The translations under genes and the position numbers were made by a program. 64,000 bases of DNA from Trypanosoma brucei (Eukaryota), in NCBI GenBank assembly GCA_000002445.1, contig CP000066.1, positions 1,120,001 through 1,184,000 on the forward strand, in the 5' to 3' direction. Each line of letters starts with the position of its first letter. The stretch's first letter is position 1. The notes beneath the pieces were generated by a model. That model saw only the letters and a program-made list of their open reading frames with translations, made no database searches and had not been told where the DNA came from. Of this stretch, positions 40,791 through 52,073 are shown piece by piece.

Positions 40791-42863
40791 CTAGCGACGC
40801 AGTAAGAAGGCGAAGAGTACACCCATTAATGGCACGACGACGATGGCAGCTACCAAGTGAATAGTGATAAGTGGTTTACTCTTCAACCACATCAGCCACA
40901 TTCCTCCTTGTGGTGCGGGAAACAACAACAAACTCTTGTTCTTCGGCAGAGCCAACGTCTCTTCCGCGTTGCAACGCACCACACCACTCCCAAACCCGCT
41001 GCTCGTGGAAAGATCGCTTGCCCTCTCCACAGCGCGGCACGAGCGCCGACTATTTTCACCGTTACCATACGATACAACAGTTGATTGATCTCGGCATTCA
41101 TGGAATGGTAGAGCAGAAACCACGACGTTCTGCGCAATATCTGCGGTCAATACATCATTTAGTGACGAAACAGCGACGGAAGAGATGGGCTCACGGTGCA
41201 ACGCTGGTAGCCACTTGGCCCCTCGCCGCTCCTTTGGTGGACGGAGTGTTCGCGTTTGAAAGCTACCGTTATCACTATATGAAACGGCTGCAAGCGCCCC
41301 GTCGACTGTTCCAACGAGCCAGTTGTGGGGGATGGCGGTTCCAACTCCCTCCCCTCGCATAGCAGCCCCGTCTGAGCTCTCCCTACAATAATAGCAGGGG
41401 CTGATGGAAGTAACGCCATCATTCACCACAGGTGATGGTTCGGGTGAGAAGTACACGCGCAACGCGAGCCTCCTTCGCCTGGTTCTCCCCACGTCGTTCG
41501 CAGCACATGACTCATCAACGACACCACAAGGGAGTTCAGAAGCGTTTGTTGCAGCAACATCATCGCAAGGGGAAGATGTGCTAACCACCCGAGCCGACAG
41601 CATGTACGACTGGTTGCTCATGACATTGAAGACAACGAGAACAATCCTAGCCACTAGCATCTCCCCGCGCACACCCTCCTCGCAATGTAGGCGACGGGCC
41701 CGTCTCCACAATTCACTGGCTACACAGGGCTTGACGTTTTCAACCCCAAACAACTGCACTATTCGCATTGACGATTTCATCAACGAAAAAGGAATACGGC
41801 AATCCTTTCCAGTGAGCACACAAAAATCATCAAGCCTCGTACCAACACGTCTGCTCTCGCTCCGCCTGCTGCTCCAGTCAACCCCACCGCCGATGGAAGC
41901 GGCCAGCTCAGATGCCGTGGTCGAGACCAATCTTTCGTGTATTTGCAACTTCATGGCGGACAATCGAAGCGTTTTGTCCTGCACAAGAACTGCGATGATT
42001 AGATAATCGGAGTATCGCTGGTACCCTTTCGCCCCGTCCTTGGTTTTACTTTTTTTGGGCACAAAGAAACGGTTGGCGTGAAGATCATTGACACGAGCTG
42101 GAAGCGACCAGCTGGCGAGGGGTTCTACGCTCTCCACTAGTGAAGGCGATATTCCCGGCGATGATTGCTTATAATCAGGTGTGCTGCCCCCGCACGTACC
42201 TTCATTACCACTGAGTTCGCCACTGCCAGTTGATAGCGGCTTCCGTAGTAAAGAAGAAAGCTCATACACCAAAATCCCTTCCTCATCGTGGGCAACAACG
42301 ACAGCACCTTGGACGATTGCAATAGGCTTCTTGTCTGGGTTCTTGGGGTCAGCGGGAACACTAACACGGGCCTGTCGCCTTAAAGTGAGGCCCTTTGTTT
42401 CAGGGTCCCTCCACACATCAATCAGCGTAAAGCACGTAATGTGACTAATCGCCAGATAGCCCAATACACCCTCCGACAACTTGGTTTTGTCATTGCACAT
42501 CAAAAAGGACGATGCGCACCAAGGTATATCCCCTTCCAAGTCAATGGCTGTGACAAAACTCCACGGCCTCGAGGGCAATTGGTCCTCCCGCTTTGCCTTT
42601 ATTGAATCCTCATCGGGGCCCTGGAGGGTGCTAACGGAAACAATGGCGAGCAAATTGGCCATACCAAACCGCCTGCCTCCTCCTCCCGCTCCAACAACGG
42701 CATAGCGGTCGTCCAACCACCGCGTGAAGTACACAGGCGAAGGGAACTGCATACAATTGGCAGCCTTCCCAGACGCCGCCACAACATCCGCTGCTGAAAG
42801 TGAAGGGGGCCCCTCGCTACTCATTGTTTCCGAGGACGGAAATACCTTGGTGTCCGCGTTCAT
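40791..42863 (-). CDS. SEC12: Sec12/PREB-like guanine-nucleotide exchange factor (WD40 propeller + C-terminal TM anchor)
   Basis: ATG verified. N-terminal PVYFTRWLDDRYAVVGAGGGGRRFGMANLLAIVSV parallels yeast Sec12 ...[27 protein letters not shown]. Single C-terminal TM helix (LITIHLVAAIVVVPLMGVLFAFLL) gives type-II topology, as in Sec12. Confidence 0.55.
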   Translation of the reverse strand: MNADTKVFPSSETMSSEGPPSLSAADVVAASGKAANCMQFPSPVYFTRWLDDRYAVVGAGGGGRRFGMANLLAIVSVSTLQGPDEDSIKAKREDQLPSRPWSFVTAIDLEGDIPWCASSFLMCNDKTKLSEGVLGYLAISHITCFTLIDVWRDPETKGLTLRRQARVSVPADPKNPDKKPIAIVQGAVVVAHDEEGILVYELSSLLRKPLSTGSGELSGNEGTCGGSTPDYKQSSPGISPSLVESVEPLASWSLPARVNDLHANRFFVPKKSKTKDGAKGYQRYSDYLIIAVLVQDKTLRLSAMKLQIHERLVSTTASELAASIGGGVDWSSRRSESRRVGTRLDDFCVLTGKDCRIPFSLMKSSMRIVQLFGVENVKPCVASELWRRARRLHCEEGVRGEMLVARIVLVVFNVMSNQSYMLSARVVSTSSPCDDVAATNASELPCGVVDESCAANDVGRTRRRRLALRVYFSPEPSPVVNDGVTSISPCYYCRESSDGAAMRGEGVGTAIPHNWLVGTVDGALAAVSYSDNGSFQTRTLRPPKERRGAKWLPALHREPISSVAVSSLNDVLTADIAQNVVVSALPFHECRDQSTVVSYGNGENSRRSCRAVERASDLSTSSGFGSGVVRCNAEETLALPKNKSLLLFPAPQGGMWLMWLKSKPLITIHLVAAIVVVPLMGVLFAFLLRR

Positions 42864-43486
42864 TGTTGTGAATGATACGATAGGGAAGAAAGCAAAAAAA
42901 AAAAAGAGAGAGAGAAGTGCTGGAGGCAGCGGACAATCACAACCGAAGAAACCGGCACTGAATTCAAGAGGTTTTAAAAAGCCAGCGGCAGTTTCGGTGA
43001 ATGTCCAGGGGAAGCAGGAATTATTAAATCCGCGACGTCTCCACCAAAAGGGGCTGCGATGCCCCGCCTAAGTTTCATATATAATTTTTTTTTTGACTCC
43101 CCGCAAAATAGGAACACAGCTCAACGTGGCGCCACTCACATTACGTCCACGTGTTCCGGGGGCAAGCAACAGCCAGAACAGCCCCAGCTGGAAAGCGAAA
43201 GAGTTCTTCCTGACGTCGAAGCCCAAACAAGAACAAAGGAGGCGACAGCGCTCCGCACAAAAAAGGAGAGGCACGTACATATACTTATGTATCTGCATGC
43301 ATATGCACGGAAGTAGAAAGGGAAACACCTGCATGTCCAGACGTAACCAAATGCATAACTCCTTTTGTCATGCGCACTTCCGCCCAGTTGTAACCCCTAG
43401 TCACATTCTTCCCTTCTCCTCCACCGTTGCTGCCACTCAACTCCATCCGTGTCTTAGTCCCCACGAACATATCAAGCCCAGGCGAT

Positions 43487-44068
43487 TTAATTCACCCTCC
43501 ACCGATAGTTGAAACGATCGTTATGAATCTGCTTCATCGTCGCAACGTGCTTTGGTACGACATTAACCATTGGGAGTGCACGCACCTGCCGGCGGACCGC
43601 CGCAGACTTCCGCTCCCGGGCCACATTATCTGTTGCATTCCAAGGATCCCCAAGTGCCGCATTCACTGCTGCCTGCCCATACGTGTTCACCAGACGCGCT
43701 TGATCCTCCAGGACCTTCATTGTCTTGAACTGCATGAATGCAATAAACGACTTTTGCAATCTCCGGTGCCAGCGGCGCCGGAGCATCTCCCCCTCGCGTA
43801 GTTTGCACTCCGTTGAGTTCGATTTTTCCTGATATGAGCGGAACAACTGAAAGTGACGCAGCCGTGAGTGGTGCACGTAATGCATGATACGTCGATCCAC
43901 CAGCGTTATTGGCTCATTGGGCCGCACTTCCTCAACCATCGGCGTGCGCCCGTAGAAGTGACTGATACCACCGTGAGCACCCTTCCACTTACTGTACTTC
44001 ATAGTTCCCATCGCCTTGCGGTGGTACATCATGTAACCACCCAACCATAGGCGGGTTGTGTGGAGCAT
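43487..44068 (-). CDS. hypothetical protein (193 aa from first ATG)
   Basis: The track ORF (to 44119) begins at GTG; first ATG at 44066-44068 verified. No recognised domain. On the coding strand of the polycistron. Confidence 0.45.
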   Translation of the reverse strand: MLHTTRLWLGGYMMYHRKAMGTMKYSKWKGAHGGISHFYGRTPMVEEVRPNEPITLVDRRIMHYVHHSRLRHFQLFRSYQEKSNSTECKLREGEMLRRRWHRRLQKSFIAFMQFKTMKVLEDQARLVNTYGQAAVNAALGDPWNATDNVARERKSAAVRRQVRALPMVNVVPKHVATMKQIHNDRFNYRWRVN

Positions 44069-44409
44069 GGTGCCGATAATTATCACTTTTAAAACTGCAC
44101 ACGGGTCAACAGAACACACAACGGCGCCCGTGAAGTGATTGACACCGAGGAACCCCCAGCTATCCTGGTGTGTTACTGAGTCGTGGTTTGAGTTTGAGCG
44201 GTGATTAATGAAAAGAACAGAAGGTAGAGTAAGTAAACCAAGTCGGGCAGTACCAATTTAAAAACGCGAGTGGGGTAAAAGCGAGGCCACGCAAACAGCA
44301 TCCCAGAGTGTGCTGCAGGGGGATACTGGTGTTTTTTTTCTTCGCAAATTGTTATCCTTACGCGGCCCACACCAATTCCATTGTAACGGCCACTCCATGA
44401 AACCTTGTG

Positions 44410-46095
44410 TTACTGTCTGGTGAGTTCACAAACCGCAGCCACATAATAAAACGTTGTTATATCCCTTTCCTCCGTGGCACCCTCCTTCTCCTCCACCTCA
44501 CAGCCATGTGGGAGGACGACCATAAGCACGATGGCGTAGTAACTCGTCAACTGGTTCCACCGGTTATTGCAGAGCCAGTGCACATACGCCTCCTTCCGAC
44601 CTCCGCTGTTGATATTCTTTTGCCAACCCTTTACAATCGCGGCTGCGTGAGACGCAAGGGGATCCACGCCTATGACTTCGCTATGAGCGGCTGCCCCATC
44701 ATCGACAGCGACATCTTCGATTTCTTCCACTTTTATTTCTGCATTCTTTTTATTTTTCATCTGTTGTCTAATTGAAGCACTGGTGCGAATCAGGGATATC
44801 ACCTGGTCCGCCTCCCCAGTTAGCACACCAAAGCAGCAATGCCGACCAGCAAGGTCCATTAACTCCTCTTGTACAACTTGCTCTTGACCACTTCCCGATA
44901 CGTCGTAGTGATGGGGGTCCAGATCGCTCGGGGAAAAATACAAAGAAGGCGGTAACCTTCCGATCGAGTGCGAGTCATCTTCCTTCGCCACCAGATGCGG
45001 TATAAACGGGCGTTGGCGTCCATCGGACACGCGAATGGAGCGCAGGAACGGCGGTAACCCAAAAAACTCGGCAACGTGCAGGAGACGCGCTAGCGCTTCC
45101 GCACGGTCATATTTTTGTAAAATGTAGGCTCCAGAGGAAATGCGTAGCGGCATAACGAATGGCGAGCCCCAAGACTCACCGCACGGTACACACTCATTCA
45201 CTTTCTCCAGTAAGTTCCTTACCACATCTTGTTCTCCCTGGCGCATGGCACTCACTTCAGGCATGGGCTCCACAAAGTCGATCTGGCCTGCTGATGGACC
45301 GAAGAGTAATTTTGCAACTTCACCTTTCGTACCTACACGGCGTAGCGCGGGAACCAAGCGAAGGTGGAACTCCCGCATTTGCTGTAAGCGTCTCAAGCAT
45401 TCTAGACGTCTGCGTAAAGCACACGGACTTGTTGGTAGCAATTCTGAAGCTGTACTATTGATGGTGCCAGTACGACCTCCATGAGTAAGCAATATGGAAA
45501 ACTTCATTGGAACCGCAGCCTCCGAAAGCTCCACTAGCTTACGCACCAACCTCCAGCGTTGATGGGGTGGGAGAGTTACCGGTACCCCGTTATTTTGAGT
45601 GAGGCTCCTGCCACCTTGAAGACCGTTTTCCACGTAAATGGTAGGCTGTAAAAGCCATGTGGCATCCACGAGAGCCTGTACAGCTACCAGTAGCCGATCC
45701 TCCGTGAGGGCTGAAAACGGGAAGCGCGGCTCTCCCGACATGAAGGGCAATAATTGATCCACCTCTACAAGTGTTCCAATGTTGGCTAAAGACTGCACCA
45801 AAATAGCTGGTCTGCACATACCGCGCCAGAGGTTCACTTCTGGTGCTGTCGGAAGAATGTGTAGGCGGTTTCCCCGCGGCTGTTGTTTCCCGACAGGGGA
45901 TGGTTGTACGCCCACGGCACCTGCAGCCCCCGACCTTTTCCCAGATTGCGGCATAACATCCGAATTTTGACGACCGGATGCCTTCCATGGAGCTGCAGCA
46001 GACGGTACCTTCTTGCTATGGCGCTGCACCGGTGGCTTCACATTGGATGACGCCACAGACTGCTTCTTTGATGCTGCAGGCCGCCGCCGTACCAT
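44410..46095 (-). CDS. hypothetical protein (561 aa), basic N-terminus
   Basis: ATG verified at 46093-46095. Lys/Arg/Ser-rich first 70 residues (possible NLS). No confident domain assignment. Confidence 0.55.
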   Translation of the reverse strand: MVRRRPAASKKQSVASSNVKPPVQRHSKKVPSAAAPWKASGRQNSDVMPQSGKRSGAAGAVGVQPSPVGKQQPRGNRLHILPTAPEVNLWRGMCRPAILVQSLANIGTLVEVDQLLPFMSGEPRFPFSALTEDRLLVAVQALVDATWLLQPTIYVENGLQGGRSLTQNNGVPVTLPPHQRWRLVRKLVELSEAAVPMKFSILLTHGGRTGTINSTASELLPTSPCALRRRLECLRRLQQMREFHLRLVPALRRVGTKGEVAKLLFGPSAGQIDFVEPMPEVSAMRQGEQDVVRNLLEKVNECVPCGESWGSPFVMPLRISSGAYILQKYDRAEALARLLHVAEFFGLPPFLRSIRVSDGRQRPFIPHLVAKEDDSHSIGRLPPSLYFSPSDLDPHHYDVSGSGQEQVVQEELMDLAGRHCCFGVLTGEADQVISLIRTSASIRQQMKNKKNAEIKVEEIEDVAVDDGAAAHSEVIGVDPLASHAAAIVKGWQKNINSGGRKEAYVHWLCNNRWNQLTSYYAIVLMVVLPHGCEVEEKEGATEERDITTFYYVAAVCELTRQ

Positions 46096-47016
46096 ATAAC
46101 TTCGTAGGGGTCTCTACGCATTAACAAGGGTGATTGCAGTTTTTTTTTTAAAAAATGTGAGGGGATAACATCGCGAAACGGAAAAGACCCATAAATGAGG
46201 ATTACGAGACGGAGCACCATGAACCAAATTGTCTTCGAATAGCTGAGGCAAACACAAAAAGTTGCGGTTTCGCTCGAAGAGGAGGGGATGGGGGGAACAG
46301 CCGAGGAAACAAAATGGCAACAGTTTCCACGAAGCGTAGTCAACAGAGCTCACAAGGATGTGAGGGGAAACCGTCAATGGGCAATACCCTCTCTGAGACG
46401 CACACGCACACGCAAAGGCACACATCTAAAGGCGTGTTTTTGCTCCCTCAAGTGTAGGCAAGCGTTATTAGTGATGTGGCTGCGACTATCGACACACAGG
46501 GAAGAGGAGGGAAAAAAAAACACGATGTAGACATTTGCCCTATTGGCCATTTTAGTTTTCCCCTCTCATTCTTCGGTTTCATTCACCACTCAAACTCGGC
46601 GGCAACTTAGCCGACATTTTCCAACTCTAGACTTTCCAAATGGCCGCAACGGTTAGGCACATTTACTGCACTCACTGACTGAAACGAGGTTAGAAAAGGG
46701 GGAAAAAAGAGAATAACATCAGTGACAACGACAACAACTAACCTTCCTCCCCCACCCCCAAAAAAAGAAAAAGAAAATGTTGAAAATTTATACATACATA
46801 CAAACACAAAGCCCAGTTACTCCTCCCCTCCTTCTGTGCTCTCCAATAAGTCCCGGTCATTTCTTCTTTTCTCTTTTAACCCTCTCAGAAGAGAGCAGAG
46901 CGTGACAGCAAGCAAACAATAATAAAAATGAATAAACAAATAAATAAACGGAGAAGTTTAGCACAACAGCAAAACAATGCCACTAATATTTATAAACAAA
47001 CCCAGGAGGGCTTTCC

Positions 47017-48369
47017 TCAGCCCAGCAAATAACGCTTCACCAATTCACACCCACGCGTACGGATTGCATAGAGCTGCAGCACCCAATACAAACCGTCTCG
47101 CACCCTCCTATCCTCCCGTGCAACGCCGCCACCACAACCCATTGAACCCTCAATATCATCCGGCAGCTCAACACCACTGCACCAACTTCCAAAAAACTGT
47201 GGAACCACAACCCATACAAATTGCCCATCCCCAGAGAAGAAACACGACTGCAAGCCGCAGTGTTTGATGCACCCACCAGTAGTGCTGAAGGAGTTAGAAG
47301 AATTTCCGCGCCCGCTGTTTTGTGTAACGGTGGCTTGCGCAAAGCTTCGCAGCTCCGCACCACCGTCTGCTGAGGCAGCGGGACAGGCTGGCTGCTCCGA
47401 CAACTCATCGCAATCAGCGCTACCACAACGAAATACGTGCAATGTCCCGCGGCTGCTCAGAGCGGCGAGCTGGCGGCCGTTTGAACGACCCGTTGAGTCA
47501 AACGCGAGAGAATGTATGCGCGCCTTCGTCACGCCGCGACGGAACACAAAAAGTAACCGTGCACTCGGTATTTCAAACACCTTCACCGTTGTGCCGCGGG
47601 AAGAAGCTGTTGCCAGCCGGCTTCCATCGCGCGTCATAGCGAGACACACAATTGGGCCCCGGTGCGCCTGCACGATTGCCACGCGCTCTACAGAAGGGCT
47701 GCGACCGCCATGAGGCTCAGTGTTTGGTTCCACCTTGCCGCCTAACCGCTTTCCACAAACCTGAGCAACCCACACATCCCCGAGTCCGTTGTCAGACTGC
47801 GGATACGCTAAATAAGTTACGGGCTCCCCGCGCGGGTCCATCGTGGGTTCGGAGAGTTGAACCAACCCACTGGGGTTGCGAGGCTTAGTGGTGCTTAATT
47901 TCGCCAGATGCCGCAGCGTGGCCAGGTCCATAACATGCACACAATCCTCTAGAATTACAACTAGCAGCTCGCTGTTCATACGCACACCCACAACAGCCGC
48001 CTCAAAGCTCGCGGTGGCGATAACTTCATCTGCGCAGACATCGTAAAGTTGGAGAGCGCGTGGTGTTGTCATTACTCTCCCCTCTTCTCCTCCTCTTCCT
48101 TCCCCCATATTGTCAGACCTCCAACTACCGGTCACCCCACCACAACTCAGAACAAATGCAATGAGAGGAGTTTCACCAAGTACTGCTACAACACCAGGAA
48201 TGCCGTCCACTTTACGACAGCTTTGAACCGTTGATGCTTCACCGGCGGCGGGGATCAATTTCCGTGGAGATTTTCCCACGTCAAGGTGATACCCACGGAG
48301 TCCATCACGACAACCAAGCAACAGAAAGGCTCCACCAGCACTCGAGGCCAACGCGCAGACGTCGCTCAT
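47017..48369 (-). CDS. ATG18: Atg18/WIPI-family PROPPIN (WD-repeat phosphoinositide-binding beta-propeller)
   Basis: ATG verified. LATASSRGTTVKVFEIPSARLLFVFRRGVTKARIHSLAFDSTG matches yeast Atg18 [41 protein letters not shown], including the diagnostic FRRG PI3P/PI(3,5)P2-binding motif. Size (450 aa) and WD-like repeats are consistent. Confidence 0.8.
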   Translation of the reverse strand: MSDVCALASSAGGAFLLLGCRDGLRGYHLDVGKSPRKLIPAAGEASTVQSCRKVDGIPGVVAVLGETPLIAFVLSCGGVTGSWRSDNMGEGRGGEEGRVMTTPRALQLYDVCADEVIATASFEAAVVGVRMNSELLVVILEDCVHVMDLATLRHLAKLSTTKPRNPSGLVQLSEPTMDPRGEPVTYLAYPQSDNGLGDVWVAQVCGKRLGGKVEPNTEPHGGRSPSVERVAIVQAHRGPIVCLAMTRDGSRLATASSRGTTVKVFEIPSARLLFVFRRGVTKARIHSLAFDSTGRSNGRQLAALSSRGTLHVFRCGSADCDELSEQPACPAASADGGAELRSFAQATVTQNSGRGNSSNSFSTTGGCIKHCGLQSCFFSGDGQFVWVVVPQFFGSWCSGVELPDDIEGSMGCGGGVAREDRRVRDGLYWVLQLYAIRTRGCELVKRYLLG

Positions 48370-50159
48370 GCGTGAAAGTACCCCTCAGTTCCCGTTTGCC
48401 GAAGTCTGCACGCTACGTTGTGCTTCGGGAAGGGAAATGACATTTTCGGCATGCGGTAAAGCAACAGTAAAAAGAAAAGAAAAGAACACAACAAAAGAAT
48501 GATAATTACAAAGGCAATATAGAAAGATAGTAAAAGGGAAGCCTAAGCACGTGACACCCTCATTGCAGAGCGCAAAAAAAAAAAAAGGTGTATGCCACGA
48601 AAATGAGGTTCACAGAATTTCCTCACCCTCCCTCCTCCTTCGTTCAATTATACTTACCACCTCTTCTCTTATTTTGCCCATCTGGTCGATTAGATGGTAC
48701 TATATATATATATAATCGGTACTAACCTTATTTATTAGATATCGAGAGAGAGCTGACGACACAGCGACAGTAAAGTTGACTCAAACGACAGCAGACAATC
48801 TAAAACTGTTCCCGCCTTCGTTTTCCTTTCCTTCTGCTGTTTCCATTTTCTTTTCCTCTTTTCATTTCCGTATGATTAACAATTTTTTTTTAAAAATTAA
48901 AACTAGTGTTATTCGTTTCCCTAACAGTCACAAGCTCTTCTTTTCCTCTGTGAATCGTATCTGACCTCAGCTACCTCTTTTTTGTGTCCCCTTCCCCCAT
49001 TGACGCCTGCCCCCTCCCCACTCCAAATGCATTTTAGACAGTAAGTAGGAAAAGAACAATGACACCAACAAACATGACGGCTGCCGGCAGCAACAACAAA
49101 AACCAACAAAAACCAACAACAATAATAATAATGATAATAATAAAATTAAAACAGCGCTAACGATGAAGCAACAAAATAGGAAACTTCAGTGCTTCATCAC
49201 ATGCGCAAAACATCTCATCATTCCCACTCCCTCTCGCCCCCGTCAAGACATACTCCCCTAACCTTATTAGTGGTAATCCCGTCGTCTCCCTTCCCTTCCA
49301 CTTGGAACAAAATATAAAATTGACACGTGACAACACTTCCGGGATGTAAGTGAAACAAACCAATAAAAACAATGCAAAAATGAAAATAAAAATAAAAATG
49401 AGATGAGATGAAAGAACTAAACAAAAAAGGGGGGTAAACAAATGAAAAGAACTGCGGGTACCACCTTTCAACCGCTAGGAAATTGTTGGTAAAGACGAGC
49501 AAAGCCGAAAAACAGAAAAGAAAAAGAAAGAAAACGCCAGCACTGACCAAAGGTGAGAACGAATCATCATCAAAACAGGACGGGATATGGGCAGACACAT
49601 TTTCTGAGTGCAGCCGGTGGAGTGCTCACCCACGAACAAAAAGAAAAGAAAAAAAAAAGAAACATCGCAAAAAACAATAACAACGTGCGATCATACATTC
49701 CTTGCACGGCACAACCTGTTATCCTTTCCCCCCTTTTCCTTTTTTTTTTACTCTGCTTCAAGCGTGATCAAAAAGTCTACGTGCGCACCAACATAAATTC
49801 TCCCCCTTTCAGCGTTTACTGTTTTTTTTCCTTCTCCTGCGCGGAAGATGGGGATACGGCACGAGAAATGTGCTTTGTGTAACATTCACTACCTACATAT
49901 TTTTAAATAAATATATAAATATACCTGTTTATGTTCATCTTTAATAGGTTCTCGGCCCTTTATGTCGTTTCCTCTTTTTTCCCCCCCTTCTGCGACCGCC
50001 ACAGAGACGGAGGAGAGTACCGTACTCAAGTGGGAAGGGTAATGTAACGTGCAGCAGCAGAAGCAAAGCGAAGGAACAAGTGCTTACTGGTACCTGACGA
50101 AACTTCCACTGTCTCGCACCCGCAATGTATTTTCACACCGCCTCGGTTCCAGACAACTC

Positions 50160-51125
50160 TTATAACTGCGGCGGGTTCTCGAACAACAAATTTGCTGCTC
50201 GTTCAATGCTTCGCTTTGCCTTGAAGAAGGCTACTTTACACTGCTCTCGTGTGAAACCTAGCTGCATCAATTGTTCAATCTTTTCCTCTTCCACCTCCGT
50301 AGGAACACGGTCCAAATAGCGTTGCGTCTCACTACCATCTTCATCCTGCTGCTCAACAACAGCTTCATCATCCAAGTCACTTGCTGCTGCCAAAAACTGT
50401 GACATTACTTCCTCTAACATTTCTTCGTCAAATTCTTCATCCTCTTCCGTTGTCATCACGCCCTCTTCTCTGTCCCGCTGCAGCTCCTCAAAAAAGTTGT
50501 CATTACAGACAAGGTCGAGAAAGGCCTGGCGGTTTTTGGCTATGAGTTCCAAAAGCACCGGATCGTCCGCACTAATTTGCCGTAACACCCCTTCCGGGTC
50601 GGCGAGAAAACGCTGCCGCATCTCAATGAGGTTTGGAACCTCGAAGAGGCGTGCGAGCATTGCCTCCTGACCATCGTCATCATCATCATCATCATCACTT
50701 CCATCACTTCCATCATTCTCATCAAACTCACTTTCCTCGTCCCCATCGGCTTCTTCCGTCCCGCTCTTCTCAACGCCAGTGACGGCTTCAGAATTCCCTT
50801 CCATAGTTCCTGCTGTGGTTGGTGGGGGCGGTACTGCAGATCCATTTTCCTTTGATTTCCCGCTCCCGCTCCCACTCTCCTCTCGCTCATGCTTCGCTAC
50901 CACCGTAATGGTGTCACCATCCTGAATACCAATATTGCGCAGTAAACGTTTATCGTCATTGAGGTCGAAAGTGGCATGCTGCAAGCGAAAACTACCTAAT
51001 GGAAGGCGGAAGTTTATTGCGATGACGGTGCGCAAGTTGTTGAGTGTTGCTTCGGGGTTGGAAATTGTGAGTTCCTTCGTGTTATTACCCGACCCCCCAC
51101 CACCGAGTTTCGCTATCAGCTTCAT
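50160..51125 (-). CDS. RAD23: RAD23-like protein: N-terminal ubiquitin-like domain, poly-Asp/Glu linker, XPC-binding (Sti1-like) domain, C-terminal UBA
   Basis: First ATG at 51123-51125 verified ([10 protein letters not shown]...); the 52 upstream codons in the track ORF are low-complexity FLFLSFL. UBL: ...[59 protein letters not shown], compare RAD23 [85 protein letters not shown]. No internal UBA1. Confidence 0.6.
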   Translation of the reverse strand: [321 protein letters not shown]

Positions 51126-51549
51126 TGGTTTATTGGTTGCGCGCACACGGGCACGCTTTACCGCTCCTCTACTAAACGGAATTATATTCAAACACAAAAA
51201 GGAAAGGAAGAGAAAGGAAAGAAAAGGAAAGGGAGGCAAAAACAAAGAAAAATTGTATGGTAAGCCTTGGCATACACCCACAGTAGTGACACACCGCCTG
51301 AAGACGATAGAAAGAATTGCGCGGGGAGGTGGTAGAGAATTGACAGACTGACAAACGGGTGAAAAATGGAAAAAATGAACAAACAGGGTCTACAGCGAGA
51401 GGAACGTATAATACCAGCGTGTGATGAGGAGGGAAAAGAGGGAAAATAAAGCAGCACAAGGTAAACGCGTGCACACAAACCTCTCTAAAAGAGGAGGGAT
51501 GAATCTGTTAATGGAGTGAGTTTGATTCCGTGCCATTTCAACGTACAAG

Positions 51550-51587
<38 letters not shown>

Positions 51588-51659
51588 TAAACGTGCTTGC
51601 CTTCTGAAGCTGGGACCATGTGCTTCACTCCGCCAAGAGGCGACATCAAACTCGTCAGC

Positions 51660-52073
51660 CTAACGAATGCGTGCAAAATCCGCGTCTGTAGAGCCGAAGG
51701 GACAGTGGCCACTGCCCGGTAAGGCCCATACGCTGTTTGGCAGCGCACTTCCAGTCCACACGGCTACATGAGAATTAATGCGAAGCAACTCCTCCATTGC
51801 CCACGAGGGATCCGTCAGCGGTGGGCAACTGCGCACAAATTGCGCCGCCAACGGCACGTCGTCATCGTCATAAACCGCACACACGTCAAATTCACTGCAT
51901 GTGCCGGTGGTGCTGCCGCTCCGCGTGCCCCTTTCCTTTTTGTCATTTTCATCAGAATGTGAAGCCTCCGACTGCCTGATATTCTTCATTCCTTCCTGTT
52001 GGGCGTGCAGTAATTGCATTTCTTGCAGCAACTCCGTCCGAATGCGGATATCGGAGGGATTATTGCTGGACAT
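51660..52073 (-). CDS. hypothetical small protein (137 aa)
   Basis: ATG verified at 52071-52073. On the coding strand. No recognised domain. Confidence 0.4.
   Translation of the reverse strand: MSSNNPSDIRIRTELLQEMQLLHAQQEGMKNIRQSEASHSDENDKKERGTRSGSTTGTCSEFDVCAVYDDDDVPLAAQFVRSCPPLTDPSWAMEELLRINSHVAVWTGSALPNSVWALPGSGHCPFGSTDADFARIR

Noticed and set aside
40857-42705. Plus-strand ORFs antisense to the Sec12-like gene (e.g. 40871-41362, 41404-42006)
   Set aside because: Antisense to a CDS with family homology, in a region where all genes are on the minus strand.
49157-49882. Overlapping ORFs (49218-49598, 49553-49882, etc.) in the 1.8 kb gap between the Atg18 and RAD23 genes
   Set aside because: Translations are poly-F/L/K low complexity from pyrimidine- and A-rich intergenic DNA (the RAD23 trans-splice/polyadenylation region).
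51172-51478. ORFs 51172-51474 and 51188-51478 immediately upstream of RAD23
   Set aside because: Derived from the polypyrimidine tract (FFPFFPPHHTLV..., poly-F/L) that precedes the RAD23 start. Part of the 5'UTR/acceptor region.
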